Source of the DNA: a virus
Lineage: Duplodnaviria > Caudoviricetes
Direction: 5' to 3' (one strand)
Virus record (IMG/VR): IMGVR_UViG_3300001528_000208
Span: 40,806-104,805 of that record
DNA: 64,000 nucleotides
Shown here: positions 17,808-28,671 of the stretch, piece by piece
How the letters are laid out: the number at the start of each line of letters is the position of its first letter
Position numbering within the stretch: position 1 is the stretch's first letter
Notes under the pieces: generated by a model
The model's input: the letters and a program-made list of their open reading frames with translations, nothing else
The model's database searches: none
Told to the model about the DNA's origin: nothing
Made by a program: the position numbers and the translations under genes

Positions 17808-19208
17808 GTGAATATTATCAAATTTGAAGAACTTTCCGACGTAAAATCTGAATCTGGTGTAGTCGCGTCGCTTATCGCCGAACCGAACTTTCTAAACTTC
17901 ATCGAAAATCTGAAAGGCGACGACTTTACCGACCGCGCAAACGGCGTAATCTATGATGCGATTTGTCGCCTGAAAGAACAGGACATTCAGCAGATTGACG
18001 CTTTCAATATCAACACGTCCATTTCTGGTGATGTGAAACTACAAAAGCGCGCAGAAGGTTGTCTTTCGCCCGATATCATCTCGCAGATTGTAGACAACGC
18101 GAAGTTTCTGGCGCGTGGCACGTCCGAAGAATTTGTGTTGTGCGTCAACAATGTGTTGGCGATGGCGTATAAGCGCAAGCTGTATCGCGACTTGAACGCG
18201 GCGCAAACCCGCGTGTTGTCGGCGAAATCTATCACAGATATTCAGCGCGATGTGTCTGATATTTTGGATAGCGCGGCGGATAACTATATCAACGGCGCAG
18301 ACATTCCCAAGATTGGCGACCAGCTTGACGAAATCATGCAGAAGATTGAAGCAAAGCAGGGCGCAGGGCGCGGATATGTATTTGAATGTGTCCCACAGTT
18401 GAACGACTATGTAACAATCGACAAGAATGAAATGTTGACGTTCTTGGCACCGATGAAAAGCGGCAAGTCAATCATGCTGATGGACACTGCGATTGATGTG
18501 ATTCGACAAGGCGGCAAGTGTATCTATCTCGACACAGAAATGACGGACGCGCTTTTTACACAGCGATTGATTGCATATTATTCGCAGGTGCCAGTCCAGC
18601 ATATCAGACGCGGCAACTATAGCGACGATGAACAGCGTCGTGTGGAATTGGCGCTTGAAAAAATCAAGGGGCTTGAATTGTATCACAAGTATATCCCGAT
18701 TTATACGTCTGATGAAATCTATGGTTATGTGAAAACAATGAAGCGTAAGTGTGGGTGCGACGTTCTTTTCTTCGATTATTTGAAACCGTCTGCATCTACG
18801 GATGCGTATGGCACTTATGCGGAACTTGGCAATCTTACAAATGTATTGAAGAACCGTATTGCTGGCGACCTTGATATGGCAGTCGTTTCTGCGTGTCAGG
18901 CGTCAAGAAATGGCGGAATCGCGGATTCTGTTCGTATCGCACAGTATAGTTCTGCTGTTATCAAGATGGAACGCAAGGATTATGCGGACTTCAAGGCGAA
19001 TGAAGCACAGGGCAACTATCGGTTTACAGTTCTTTATAATCGTCTTGGCGAACAGATGCAAGAAGGTGAACAGTGGATTGATGCAAACTTCTTTGGCAAC
19101 TACGCAAAGTTCCAAAGCTGTGAACAGCATATGCAAGAAGATATTTATGGCGAAATTCCGCAGGAAGCGGTAAAAAATGAAATTAAAGGAGAAAATAACA
19201 ATGGATAA
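17808..19208 (+). CDS. dnaB: Replicative DNA helicase, DnaB-like
   Basis: APMKSGKS Walker A, YLDTEM, FFDYL, ACQASR, IADSVRI. Confidence 0.88.
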   Translation: MNIIKFEELSDVKSESGVVASLIAEPNFLNFIENLKGDDFTDRANGVIYDAICRLKEQDIQQIDAFNINTSISGDVKLQKRAEGCLSPDIISQIVDNAKFLARGTSEEFVLCVNNVLAMAYKRKLYRDLNAAQTRVLSAKSITDIQRDVSDILDSAADNYINGADIPKIGDQLDEIMQKIEAKQGAGRGYVFECVPQLNDYVTIDKNEMLTFLAPMKSGKSIMLMDTAIDVIRQGGKCIYLDTEMTDALFTQRLIAYYSQVPVQHIRRGNYSDDEQRRVELALEKIKGLELYHKYIPIYTSDEIYGYVKTMKRKCGCDVLFFDYLKPSASTDAYGTYAELGNLTNVLKNRIAGDLDMAVVSACQASRNGGIADSVRIAQYSSAVIKMERKDYADFKANEAQGNYRFTVLYNRLGEQMQEGEQWIDANFFGNYAKFQSCEQHMQEDIYGEIPQEAVKNEIKGENNNG

Positions 19209-19440
19209 GAAGCTCAATAAGAATATTACGAAGGTCTATACTATCATTACTGGCGGTCTTTATCCCGACCCCGACACTGATGCCAGTTGGATTCTTGACG
19301 AATTCAACGAACTTTATGGCGTTCCCGCACAGCTTGCCCGCGACCTGCGTGACAAAATGGACGAAATCTTTGACGAATGCGACAGCGTTGAAGATTGCAA
19401 GGATGCGCTGGAAGCTTACTTTTACGATCTTTGGGCGTAA
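19201..19440 (+). CDS. Hypothetical acidic protein
   Basis: AAGGAG RBS, ATG 19201. Confidence 0.6.
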   Translation: MDKKLNKNITKVYTIITGGLYPDPDTDASWILDEFNELYGVPAQLARDLRDKMDEIFDECDSVEDCKDALEAYFYDLWA

Positions 19441-19463
19441 CTAAATAGGAAAGGATAAATAAT

Positions 19464-19736
19464 ATGATTAAGAATCTTAAGGAAACCATTACCGGCATGA
19501 CTTCCGCCAATCACGTTGACCGTCTGGTTGCTGAATTTGACCAGTTGCAGTTCCGCCTTGACAAGCTGTACGACGTGCTGAAAAAGTACGCCACGCACCA
19601 GCTTGACCATCCGCTTGATTGCGATATCAAAATTTTGCGACAGCAGGCTGACGCGATGGAAGTTTATCTTGATTGTCTTGCTGAACGTATCTGTAACTAC
19701 GAAGACTGCTGTGAGGACTGCGACCATGCAAACTGA
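19464..19736 (+). CDS. Conserved phage protein (crAss001_48-like)
   Basis: EFDQLQFRLDKL...DCDIKILRQQADAMEVYL pattern. Confidence 0.6.
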   Translation: MIKNLKETITGMTSANHVDRLVAEFDQLQFRLDKLYDVLKKYATHQLDHPLDCDIKILRQQADAMEVYLDCLAERICNYEDCCEDCDHAN

Positions 19737-20025
19737 AGGCTGGATTTGTCCGCGCTGTGGTCGTGTGAACGCACCATGGTTGGCGTGGTGTGGTTGCAGC
19801 AACATGGATGTTGTCTGTAACGGGACTGGTTCCACACAAGACCCGTGTACGATTGGTTTGCATGACTGGAAGCAAGTGGGATATCGTCCGTCCAAGAACA
19901 CATCGTCCGTTTGCACGGTCGAATATGAATGTTCGCGATGTGGCAAGCGTAAATTCATTGACACGCCAACTATCACGGCGACGTACAACGAAAAGGGCAT
20001 TAAGGATTTTGGCTTGACAAGCTAA
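19726..20025 (+). CDS. Zinc-finger protein
   Basis: GWICPRCGRVNAPW...CSRCG. Confidence 0.6.
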   Translation: MQTEGWICPRCGRVNAPWLAWCGCSNMDVVCNGTGSTQDPCTIGLHDWKQVGYRPSKNTSSVCTVEYECSRCGKRKFIDTPTITATYNEKGIKDFGLTS

Positions 20026-20062
20026 ACGGAATGTGATATAATAATCGAAAGGTGGTGTGGGC

Positions 20063-21004
20063 ATGGACGTTAAGAAGATTCGTGACAAGTTGGATATTGT
20101 TGATTATATCGGGCGTTATGCGGATTTGCAGACGCGCAACGGCGTAGAATTCTTCTGTTCATGCCCTTTCCACCGCGACGACAATCCGTCATTTTTTGTA
20201 AATCGTGAAAAGCAGCTTTTTCATTGCTATAGCTGTAATTCTTCTGGTGATATTCTGTCTTTTATTCAGAAATATCACAACGTTCCGTTTCGTGAAGCGG
20301 TGCAAATTCTTGAAATGGAAACTGGCGCAGAAATTATAGAAACGCCATGTTTCATCAAGGTTGCGGACGTGTTCCGCCCGAAGGAAAAGGCATTTGAACA
20401 ACGGCTTTTCCTTTTGGCAGATGCTATGGAAGCATTTCCACCGTCGCATGAAATCAAGGAATGGCTTGCAGAGGGGATTACAAAAGATGTTTTGACGCGA
20501 TATGACGTGCGTTATAATGCGGATAAAACGCGAATTATGTTTCCGATTTATGATGCGGACAACAGATTAGTTACGATTAAATATCGCAATTTGGTGGCAA
20601 AACCGAAATATTCATATGTGAACAAGCTTGGAAGAAAAGATTTTCTATATAATTTCGTTAACGCGCGCGATGCAATCGTCGGGCTAAATGAATGCATCGT
20701 TGTGGAAAGTGAAAAATCTGTGTTGAAGCTGGAAAGCTGGGGAATCCATAATTCCGTAGCAGCCGGTTCGCATGGACTGAAAGATGAAATTCAACTGCTG
20801 GTGAAATGTCCGTTTAATACGTTAATATTTGCGTATGATGAAGATGTGACGACGGAAGAAATCTATAAACAAAGTGAAATATTAAAACATTATAAATCGG
20901 TTTGGCGTATCCCTATGCGCGGTGTTGCGCCTAAAAATGCACCTGTGGATATGGGGTATGACAGATGGATAGAACTATACAACAAAAGAAAGAAGGTAGA
21001 ATGA
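20063..21004 (+). CDS. dnaG: DNA primase (CHC2 Zn finger plus TOPRIM)
   Basis: CPFHRDDNPSF...FHCYSC, IMFPIYD, VVESEKS, FAYDED. Confidence 0.9.
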   Translation: MDVKKIRDKLDIVDYIGRYADLQTRNGVEFFCSCPFHRDDNPSFFVNREKQLFHCYSCNSSGDILSFIQKYHNVPFREAVQILEMETGAEIIETPCFIKVADVFRPKEKAFEQRLFLLADAMEAFPPSHEIKEWLAEGITKDVLTRYDVRYNADKTRIMFPIYDADNRLVTIKYRNLVAKPKYSYVNKLGRKDFLYNFVNARDAIVGLNECIVVESEKSVLKLESWGIHNSVAAGSHGLKDEIQLLVKCPFNTLIFAYDEDVTTEEIYKQSEILKHYKSVWRIPMRGVAPKNAPVDMGYDRWIELYNKRKKVE

Positions 21005-21303
21005 TGAATGAAAAAGACTTTAAGGAATTTTATCATATTCGCGAAGCTACGTTTAAGGCGATTCACGAAGAACTGATGGAAGATAATTTCTGTAAATCAT
21101 ACGAAGGCACATTTGAATTGACTATCTGCTGGCCTGATTATTTTGAAGACGATACGGCAACAGCAGAACCAGAATATTACAAGTTGACTTTGCATTGTTA
21201 TGTGCTTGGCCCAGCGCGTCACTATGACTGGTGCGGCAGAACGCTTGCAGACGCGCTCAAACTGTGCAAGAGCGACCTTATAGATTGGGGTGTGAAACTA
21301 TGA
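21001..21303 (+). CDS. Hypothetical protein
   Basis: Coupled to primase stop. Confidence 0.6.
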   Translation: MMNEKDFKEFYHIREATFKAIHEELMEDNFCKSYEGTFELTICWPDYFEDDTATAEPEYYKLTLHCYVLGPARHYDWCGRTLADALKLCKSDLIDWGVKL

Positions 21304-21479
21304 ATTTTATCGGTGCGTTATTTGTGGTTTGTGCAATTTTCATGCTGATGGATGCGTCGTGTATCGTATACTTCATCCAACAGAAAGACTGGAATTATCT
21401 TGGCTGGTCGCTTATTATTTTCATGATGATTCTGTTCATCGTGTCTATGCTTGATGCAATTTCAAAGGGGCTGATTTGA
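21300..21479 (+). CDS. Small two-TM membrane protein
   Basis: Two hydrophobic segments. Confidence 0.55.
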   Translation: MNFIGALFVVCAIFMLMDASCIVYFIQQKDWNYLGWSLIIFMMILFIVSMLDAISKGLI

Positions 21480-21651
21480 TGTATAAGAACGGCGATGTTT
21501 ACCTGAATCCATGCTTCGGCGACCTTTGGTTTGTTGATGGCGATAAATTTCAGAAAATTAACTACGACTATTCGATTGACCTTGACGAACCCGAAGGATT
21601 TATTAAGGTTGGACATATCGACGGTGTAACAACCGTAGAAAGGAAATATTG

Positions 21652-22146
21652 ATGGCATTAGAGATTGAACGCAAGTTCTTAACTTCAGGCTTTCCCAATA
21701 TAAAGCCAGATTGTGAAATTTCTGTCGAAGGTAGTTATGTTGTTTCTGGAACGCCAGAAGTTCGTATCCGTCGCATGGAAATCCTGACCGGCGATTGGGA
21801 AGGCAAAGTCGATTACATGATGACCATAAAGGGTGACGGCGGTCTTACGCGCGCAGAAGTCAACCACTATATCAGCGAAAAGACATATCATGATTTGCTG
21901 GAATCGTTTCACCTGCCGACATTCCACAAATATTATCGCATTTACCACGTTGATGGTCGCGAAATCGAAATCTGTCATTGCGACGGTGGATTAAACGAAG
22001 ATTTCTACTACGCCGAAGTCGAATTTGATAACGAAGAAGAAGCAAAGGCATATATGTGGCCTTTTGGCGAAGCGAAAGACGTGACAAATAATCCATACTT
22101 TAAGATGAAAAATTTTTGGAGGCGAACCTATGCGGTGGACAAATAA
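21652..22146 (+). CDS. CYTH-domain (triphosphate tunnel) protein
   Basis: LEIERKFL, EVRIRR, YAEVEF, DVTNNPYF. Confidence 0.85.
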   Translation: MALEIERKFLTSGFPNIKPDCEISVEGSYVVSGTPEVRIRRMEILTGDWEGKVDYMMTIKGDGGLTRAEVNHYISEKTYHDLLESFHLPTFHKYYRIYHVDGREIEICHCDGGLNEDFYYAEVEFDNEEEAKAYMWPFGEAKDVTNNPYFKMKNFWRRTYAVDK

Positions 22147-23002
22147 GTTCGGTCTTCCACAATCAATCTATGATGCTGTTGCAAGGGATGATTATGACCA
22201 CGGAGATGCCTATAGCAGTACGGAACTGATAAAAGATCCATGTGAAATTCTTTTGTCGCGAAGGCATTTTGACGAACTGGAAGAAGATGTAAGTGATTCG
22301 TGGTACAGCGTTCTCGGTTCTGCCGTCCACAGCGTGATGGAACACACCAAGGAAGGCGAAAACGAAGTTCGTGAAGAACGACTGCACTATGAATTTCCAG
22401 AAGGTGCAATATCAGGAAAGTTTGACAGCCTTGATTTAACTGATGGAAATGAAGTGTTGCGCGATTATAAATGCACCAGCACATGGACGGCAATCTATGG
22501 TGATGGTGGAAAATACAAGAAGCAGCTTTCTGTATATCTCATGCTTATAGAAAAGACGCTAAACATCCGTTGTCGCCATGCGCAAATTATCCAGTTCTTC
22601 CGTGACCATTCTATGTCAAAAGCTAAATTCGACAAGTCTTATCCACAGTCACCCATTCGCGTAATCGACTACTATTTTACCGATGAAGATATCACGCAGA
22701 CCGAAGAAGATGTGCGCGCGAAACTGCGTGAAATCAACGCGCTGAAAGAAACGCCAGACGATGAACTTCCGCCATGTTCTGCTGAAAATCGCTGGGAAAC
22801 GCCTACGACCTATGCCGTCAAAAAGGATGGGCGCAAGTCTGCGTTGCGTGTTTTGCCGTCAAAAGAAGAAGCCGAAACATGGATGGAACTGAACGATGCA
22901 AAGGGTTGCTATATTGAAGAACGCAAAGGTGAAAGTAGAAAATGTATGAATTATTGTAAGGCGGCGCCATTCTGTCATTACTACTTGACAAATTGCATTT
23001 AA
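22130..23002 (+). CDS. Cas4-like PD-(D/E)XK exonuclease
   Basis: GSAVHSVME, ISGKFD...DYK, QLSVY, C-terminal C..YC....FC. Confidence 0.8.
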   Translation: MRWTNKFGLPQSIYDAVARDDYDHGDAYSSTELIKDPCEILLSRRHFDELEEDVSDSWYSVLGSAVHSVMEHTKEGENEVREERLHYEFPEGAISGKFDSLDLTDGNEVLRDYKCTSTWTAIYGDGGKYKKQLSVYLMLIEKTLNIRCRHAQIIQFFRDHSMSKAKFDKSYPQSPIRVIDYYFTDEDITQTEEDVRAKLREINALKETPDDELPPCSAENRWETPTTYAVKKDGRKSALRVLPSKEEAETWMELNDAKGCYIEERKGESRKCMNYCKAAPFCHYYLTNCI

Positions 23003-23032
23003 AATGTTAATATAATGTCGAGGTGATATTTT

Positions 23033-23708
23033 ATGACAGTGGATGAATACATGATTCTTCACAAATACATCTGTGGGAAATTCGGCGGATGTCGTGACTG
23101 CCCAATTAACGATTGGGTTCCGTGTGACATGGAGACGCCAGAAAAGGCAATGGTAAAATGTGCTCTAATCGCCTATGAAAAATATGGTAACGCCGGTATG
23201 CAGACGATGGGTGTTCTGTCGCGTTATTTGAAGGCGGTGATTGTTTGAATGATAAAGATTATGAACTGTTAAACAGTTTTATATGTTCGCGCTATGGTTC
23301 GTGCGATAATTGTCCGCTGAACAAATACGACGATTGTGATTTTGGGCCAACAAAACAGGAAATCGTGGAAATCGCAAGGGGATTATACGATTTGCCAAAC
23401 AATGATGAAATGTTCGGACTTACACACAAGGACGAAGAAAAGGTGCGAAAAATCCTTGAAAATTATCGAAAGGTGGCGATTGTGTGACAGCAGAAGATAT
23501 GAATGTTATACAAGCCATACTTTGCGATAGGGTTGATGAATGTAAGAATTGCCCACTTTTCAGAAGAAAAGGGAACGCTTGCTGGGGAAATTTTTCAGCA
23601 GAAGACGAGGATGATTTCCTTCGCATCGTCCCACTTGTTATCAAACTGACAAACAGCCCTGCCATTAAGAAGTATCTTGCCGGATTTCTGAAGGTAGGTG
23701 TGGTCTGA
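23033..23708 (+). CDS. Three tandem Cys-rich small proteins (23033-23248, 23245-23487, 23484-23708) ending AVIV, VAIV, VGVV
   Basis: Shared [IL]C-x5-C-x2-CP[LI]-x4-7-C pattern; overlapping stop/start codons. Confidence 0.7.
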
Positions 23709-23890
23709 TGTGCAAGTTCTGCGATTATGATTCCAACGACTGCACGATTTTTCAAGATGCTGTCGGCGACTGGTATCTTGACCATGAAACAGGCGAATGG
23801 GATATCTATGAAGACGAATTTGTCCACGATAGAATCTATATAAATTATTGTCCGTTCTGTGGGGAAAGGCTGAAGAAATGTGAAAAGTAG
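23708..23890 (+). CDS. Small Zn-ribbon protein
   Basis: MCKFC...INYCPFCGERL. Confidence 0.7.
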   Translation: MCKFCDYDSNDCTIFQDAVGDWYLDHETGEWDIYEDEFVHDRIYINYCPFCGERLKKCEK

Positions 23891-24761
23891 CAACTATACT
23901 GATATGACGGGATGGATAATGAAAGAACATGGCGTTCCTAATAGTAAACTAACGGTTTTAAGACGTGCAGAAAATAAAGGGCATCATATAATGTGGGAAT
24001 GTGTATGTGAATGTGGCAATGATATTGTTGCTGATGGCTATAACATAAAACACAACAAACTTTCTTGCGGTTGCGATAATCCATACTCATTTATTGATAT
24101 GACTGGCTGGGTGATGAAAGAACATGGTGTGCCAGAAAGCAAGCTTACCGTAATACGTTTGCATGAAAAGGGCAATTATAAACCAACAACATGGGAATGT
24201 TTATGTGAATGCGGTAATATTTGTATTAAGCCCGGTAATCGTATAAGATTTGGGAATGCTATTTCTTGCGGATGCATTAGTGCTGGAAATAAAAAACGGA
24301 AACATAAGACTGGAATTGTTGGGGAAGACTACAAAAAATTTTTAACAAGACACCTTAGAATAGTATGGTATGGCATGAAACAAAGATGTTACGATAAAGA
24401 ACATGGTAGTTATAAAAATTATGGAGGACGTGGAATATCGGTATGCAAGAACTGGTTAAACGATTCTCAAAGTTTTATAGATTGGGCTTTTAATACAGGT
24501 TATGCGCCCGGCTTAACCTTAGATAGAATAGATTGCAATGGAAACTACGACCCAGATAATTGCAGGTGGGCTACGGCAAAAGAACAGGGCAACAATAGAA
24601 GAACAAATTATTGTATAGAAATTGATGGCGTTATACACACTCTTCAAGAATGGTCTGACATTTCAGGGGTAAATAGAAGTACAATAAAGACCAGAATGGG
24701 TCAAGGAATGTCTGCAAAAGATGCAATTTTTAATCCCATAAATAATGGAGGTATATCATGA
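23880..24761 (+). CDS. HNH homing endonuclease with duplicated N-terminal Zn-binding domain
   Basis: Two DMTGW.MKEHGVP.SKLTV...WEC.CECGN repeats; W.GMKQRC, YGGRGI, LDRIDCNGNYDPDNCRWAT..EQ.NN. Confidence 0.85.
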   Translation: MKSSNYTDMTGWIMKEHGVPNSKLTVLRRAENKGHHIMWECVCECGNDIVADGYNIKHNKLSCGCDNPYSFIDMTGWVMKEHGVPESKLTVIRLHEKGNYKPTTWECLCECGNICIKPGNRIRFGNAISCGCISAGNKKRKHKTGIVGEDYKKFLTRHLRIVWYGMKQRCYDKEHGSYKNYGGRGISVCKNWLNDSQSFIDWAFNTGYAPGLTLDRIDCNGNYDPDNCRWATAKEQGNNRRTNYCIEIDGVIHTLQEWSDISGVNRSTIKTRMGQGMSAKDAIFNPINNGGIS

Positions 24762-25219
24762 AGTATATTTGTTCAAAAAGAATGAATATAAAAGCTATTT
24801 CTGGAGAAGTTAATTTTCGGGTTGGGACGGTGTTTAACTGTTCCAACGGGTTGATTACGCATAACGGGAAGGCTATTTGTTATGACCACAGTCAAAACGC
24901 ATACGATTATCTATCTTGTGATGATGATGGATTTGGAATTCGCCGCGGACAGCTTGTGCGTGATATTATGGGGCGCTTAAAAAAACGTGACGACAAGTAT
25001 CAGGAAAAATGGGATAGAATTTGGATGGATAAATCGCTTCAAAAATATAAAAGAATTGAATTTGCAGATTATTGGCTTTGGAATTATGATTTTTTTAATG
25101 CACCGATCGGCGAACTTGAATATATTCTTGCACGCGTGAAGGGCGAAGTAGAACCGCGAGACGGCGTTACAGAAGATTTTATGGACGAAGAAACGGTGGT
25201 TGAAGATGGCGACGACTGA
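24758..25219 (+). CDS. Conserved hypothetical phage protein
   Basis: SQNAYDY...DDDG..RG...DYWLWN.DFFNA. Confidence 0.6.
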   Translation: MKYICSKRMNIKAISGEVNFRVGTVFNCSNGLITHNGKAICYDHSQNAYDYLSCDDDGFGIRRGQLVRDIMGRLKKRDDKYQEKWDRIWMDKSLQKYKRIEFADYWLWNYDFFNAPIGELEYILARVKGEVEPRDGVTEDFMDEETVVEDGDD

Positions 25220-25609
25220 TTTCTATACAACTTTAGCGGATTTTGCGTGGATTACACCCAAAGATGTCATTACAACTTGGACTTTGCCAACGTGTGAAAT
25301 CTATAGCGAAACAGACTGGTGGCGGTCTGCTATGAAGGTATGGTGTAGGTCTGTAAAGCCAAGAACCGCAAAGGTGGTGTAGCTATGTTCAAGCTTGGAC
25401 AAATGGTCTGGTGTAAAGATAAGACAAATTGTGGCGGTGGTTATACAAGAACGACATATCATACGCCATGCGTTGTGTGCGATATACGGAAACAGAAAGA
25501 CGGCAAAATCACCGTTGCGCCATTTGAAAACAGCGAATATTTTGAATATTGTTATACGGTAGATGCAGACTTGTTTGAACCGATTCCGTCAGGGGCGAAG
25601 GTGGTGTGA
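25206..25609 (+). CDS. Two small AKVV-tagged proteins (25206-25382; 25385-25609, SH3/KOW-like)
   Basis: Both end AKVV; second begins MFKLGQMVWC. Confidence 0.65.
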
Positions 25610-25614
25610 TATGA

Positions 25615-28600
25615 TTGTTTAACCATTTACACGTTCACACTATGCTATCCCTTCTTGATTCATGCACGTCGTATAAAGACTATGTTGACAAAGCAAAAGA
25701 ATATGGACAGACGGCTATAGCGTTCACTGAACACGGAAATCTTTATAACCATCTGTCCAAAAAGCTTTATTGCGATAAAATGGGAATAAAGTTCATTTTT
25801 GGCGTCGAAGTGTATCTTACCAGACAACTTGAACCAAAAGTGCGTGACAATTATCACACGATTCTACTGGCAAAAAATCAAGAAGGAATGAAGGAAATCA
25901 ATCTTCTTGTCGCCCTGTCTACTAAAGACGACCACGTTTATTACAAGCCAAGAATCACGTTTGATGAATTTCTGAATATTTCTGACAACGTGATTACCCT
26001 TTCTGCTTGCCTGCAATCTCCACTAAATCGTCTCGACGAAAATGATGAATACTATATTAAGTTGTTGAACCGATACGATTTTTTAGAGGTTCAGCCGCAT
26101 GAAATGTCTGACGAACAGAAGGCATTTAACGAAAAGCTGGCGAAATTCTGTAAAGACTATAAGAAGAAATTGGTCGCAACAACAGACGTTCACAGCGTAA
26201 ACGATTATAAAGCTAAGTGTCGTAAGGTTCTTTTGAAGGCAAAGGATTTCCATTTCAAAGGCGACGATACAAACGGACTTGAAGAAAAGTTTAATCTTAC
26301 GTTCAAAACCGAAGAAGAAATGCGTGCCGAATTCAGGCGTCAAGGCGTTCTTACAGCAGAAGAAATTGAAGAAGCCATTCATAATACTGTTGTAATTGCG
26401 GATATGTGTGAAGATTTAGTTGTTGACAAATCTTTTAAGTATCCTAAAATTTCCGATAATGATGAAGAACTCTTCAAAAAGGCGATTAACGAAGGTTATT
26501 TGAAAAAGAAAAAAGCAGGATATATTTCTGGTGGCAAAAAATATCTTGATCAGATTCAAGAAGAATTTCGTGTTTTCAAAAAGTTAAACATGATGACGTT
26601 TATGTTATCAATGTCTCGTATTGTCAACTGGTGTAAGGATAATGGTATTCCTATGGGGCCATCTCGTGGTTCCGTCGCTGGAAGTTTGGTCGCGTATCTG
26701 TTAAATATTACAGAAGTTGATCCCATTCGTTGGAACACAATCTTTTCACGATTCGCAAATGAAAATCGACTCGAGTTGGGAGATATTGATGTTGACGCAC
26801 CCACGGATAGTCGTGACAGAATTTATCAACACATCTTTGAAGAATTTGGACAAGACAAATGTGCTTATGTACTTGCGCTTGGAACAATTTCTGAAAAGGC
26901 GACAATAGACGAAATTGGTCGTGCTTTCGATATTCCGCTTGACGAAGTATCTGAAATAAAGCGCCAATATGATATTGACCCTGAAAAAACAAAAGAAAAA
27001 TATCCTAAAATATTCTATTATTTTGATGGTCTTGTTGGAACAACAGTATCGCAATCCATTCATCCTGCGGGTGTGGTAATTTCGCCTATTACGCTTCCTG
27101 ATAATTATGGCGTTTTCTACAAGGACGGTATGCAAATTATCAACCTTGATATGGAAGATGTCCACGACAGTGGGTTGGTGAAATACGATATTCTTGCCTT
27201 GCGCAATGTGGATATTATTCGTGATACGTGCAGTCAAATTGGGATTCCATACCCGACAGTTGACACAATGGATTTTGAAGACAAAGCTGTGTGGGAAGAT
27301 ATGACTTCATCGCGCGTTGGCATTTTTGAATTTGAAAAACCATACGCAATGGATTTGTTGAAGAAGTACAACCCGTCCAAAATTTCTGATGTATCTATGA
27401 TAAATGCAGCGCTTCGTCCTTCTGGTGCATCATATCGTGACAGATTGGTAAATCATGAAATTAACAAGAACCCGTCAAAAGAGATTGATGATTTATTAGC
27501 TGATACGTCTGGATTTCTTCTCTACCAAGAGCAAATTATTGCGTTCCTACAGCATCTATGTGGATATTCTGGTTCAGAAGCTGACACTTGCCGTCGTATG
27601 ATTGCAAGAAAACATCCCGAAGAGCTTGAAGCTGAATTACCGAAAATTCTTGATGGTTACTGTAATCATTCAACGAAACCGCGCGAAGAAGCGGAAAAAG
27701 AAGCGCAAACATTTGTTCAGATTGTAAGCGATGCTTCGTCTTATATGTTTGGTAAAAATCATAGCGATGGCTATAGCATCGTCGCATATTATTGTGCATA
27801 TTATCGCTATCATTATCCCGGACAGTTTATCACAGCATACTTAAATACAGCAAACGGGCAGGAAGATATTCAAGATGGGACAGAACTTGCACGTCAGAAA
27901 AAAATCAGAATTACTGCGCCAAAATTCAGGAAGTCTATAGATAAGTATATCTACGATGCTGAAACAAACGAAATTCATAAGGGTATCAGTTCTATTAAGC
28001 ACATTTCTGCCGATTGTGCCGACCAACTTTATTCCATCCGTTTCATGGATTTTCCCACGTTCATTGACCTTCTTGTTTATCTACGCGAGAATACCACGGT
28101 TGACGCGCGCCAAATCAAGGTGCTGACCACCATTGGCTTCTTTAGCGAATTTGGCAAAAACAAGAAGCTGTTGGCTATTGTAGACAAATTCTTTGAACGC
28201 TACAAGAAAACGTATGTCGCCAAAACCAAGGTTGCGCGCATCGCTGAACTGAAAGCGTTCGAATCTTCCTTGCCAGACGAATATCTACCGCTGGTGCAAC
28301 GCATCGCAAGCGACCGCGAACTGCTTGGTTATGTGTCATTTACACAGCCAGAATTGCCTAAAAACTTCTGCTTCACATTGGCGATAGACGCCAAGTATAC
28401 GCCACGCGCTACTCTTTATTGTATCGCAACTGGAAAATCTATAGAGTGCAAAATAGACAAAAAAATCTATGGCAAACGCAAATTCAAAGCGGATGATGTG
28501 TTGTATTGCAAGAAATTCCAGAAGCGCCCGAACTGGCGGAAAACTGAAAACGGTTTTGAACAAACCGGAACGTATTGCGATTGTCTTGTAGACTACGATG

Positions 28601-28623
28601 TGGTCACTTCAAAGTTTGCTTGA
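25615..28623 (+). CDS. dnaE: DNA polymerase III alpha subunit (family C)
   Basis: PHP HLHVHT..SLLD, TEHGN; GPSRGSVAGSL, DIDVD, HPAGV, KYDIL, LYQEQI, FGKNHS. Confidence 0.95.
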   Translation: MFNHLHVHTMLSLLDSCTSYKDYVDKAKEYGQTAIAFTEHGNLYNHLSKKLYCDKMGIKFIFGVEVYLTRQLEPKVRDNYHTILLAKNQEGMKEINLLVALSTKDDHVYYKPRITFDEFLNISDNVITLSACLQSPLNRLDENDEYYIKLLNRYDFLEVQPHEMSDEQKAFNEKLAKFCKDYKKKLVATTDVHSVNDYKAKCRKVLLKAKDFHFKGDDTNGLEEKFNLTFKTEEEMRAEFRRQGVLTAEEIEEAIHNTVVIADMCEDLVVDKSFKYPKISDNDEELFKKAINEGYLKKKKAGYISGGKKYLDQIQEEFRVFKKLNMMTFMLSMSRIVNWCKDNGIPMGPSRGSVAGSLVAYLLNITEVDPIRWNTIFSRFANENRLELGDIDVDAPTDSRDRIYQHIFEEFGQDKCAYVLALGTISEKATIDEIGRAFDIPLDEVSEIKRQYDIDPEKTKEKYPKIFYYFDGLVGTTVSQSIHPAGVVISPITLPDNYGVFYKDGMQIINLDMEDVHDSGLVKYDILALRNVDIIRDTCSQIGIPYPTVDTMDFEDKAVWEDMTSSRVGIFEFEKPYAMDLLKKYNPSKISDVSMINAALRPSGASYRDRLVNHEINKNPSKEIDDLLADTSGFLLYQEQIIAFLQHLCGYSGSEADTCRRMIARKHPEELEAELPKILDGYCNHSTKPREEAEKEAQTFVQIVSDASSYMFGKNHSDGYSIVAYYCAYYRYHYPGQFITAYLNTANGQEDIQDGTELARQKKIRITAPKFRKSIDKYIYDAETNEIHKGISSIKHISADCADQLYSIRFMDFPTFIDLLVYLRENTTVDARQIKVLTTIGFFSEFGKNKKLLAIVDKFFERYKKTYVAKTKVARIAELKAFESSLPDEYLPLVQRIASDRELLGYVSFTQPELPKNFCFTLAIDAKYTPRATLYCIATGKSIECKIDKKIYGKRKFKADDVLYCKKFQKRPNWRKTENGFEQTGTYCDCLVDYDVVTSKFA

Positions 28624-28671
28624 CAAATGTTAAGGCGCATGATATAATACCATTAAAGGTGGTGAAGTGTC

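Noticed and set aside
22130-23002. CRISPR-Cas locus
   Set aside because: Solo Cas4-like nuclease in a replication module; no repeat-spacer array or other cas genes seen.
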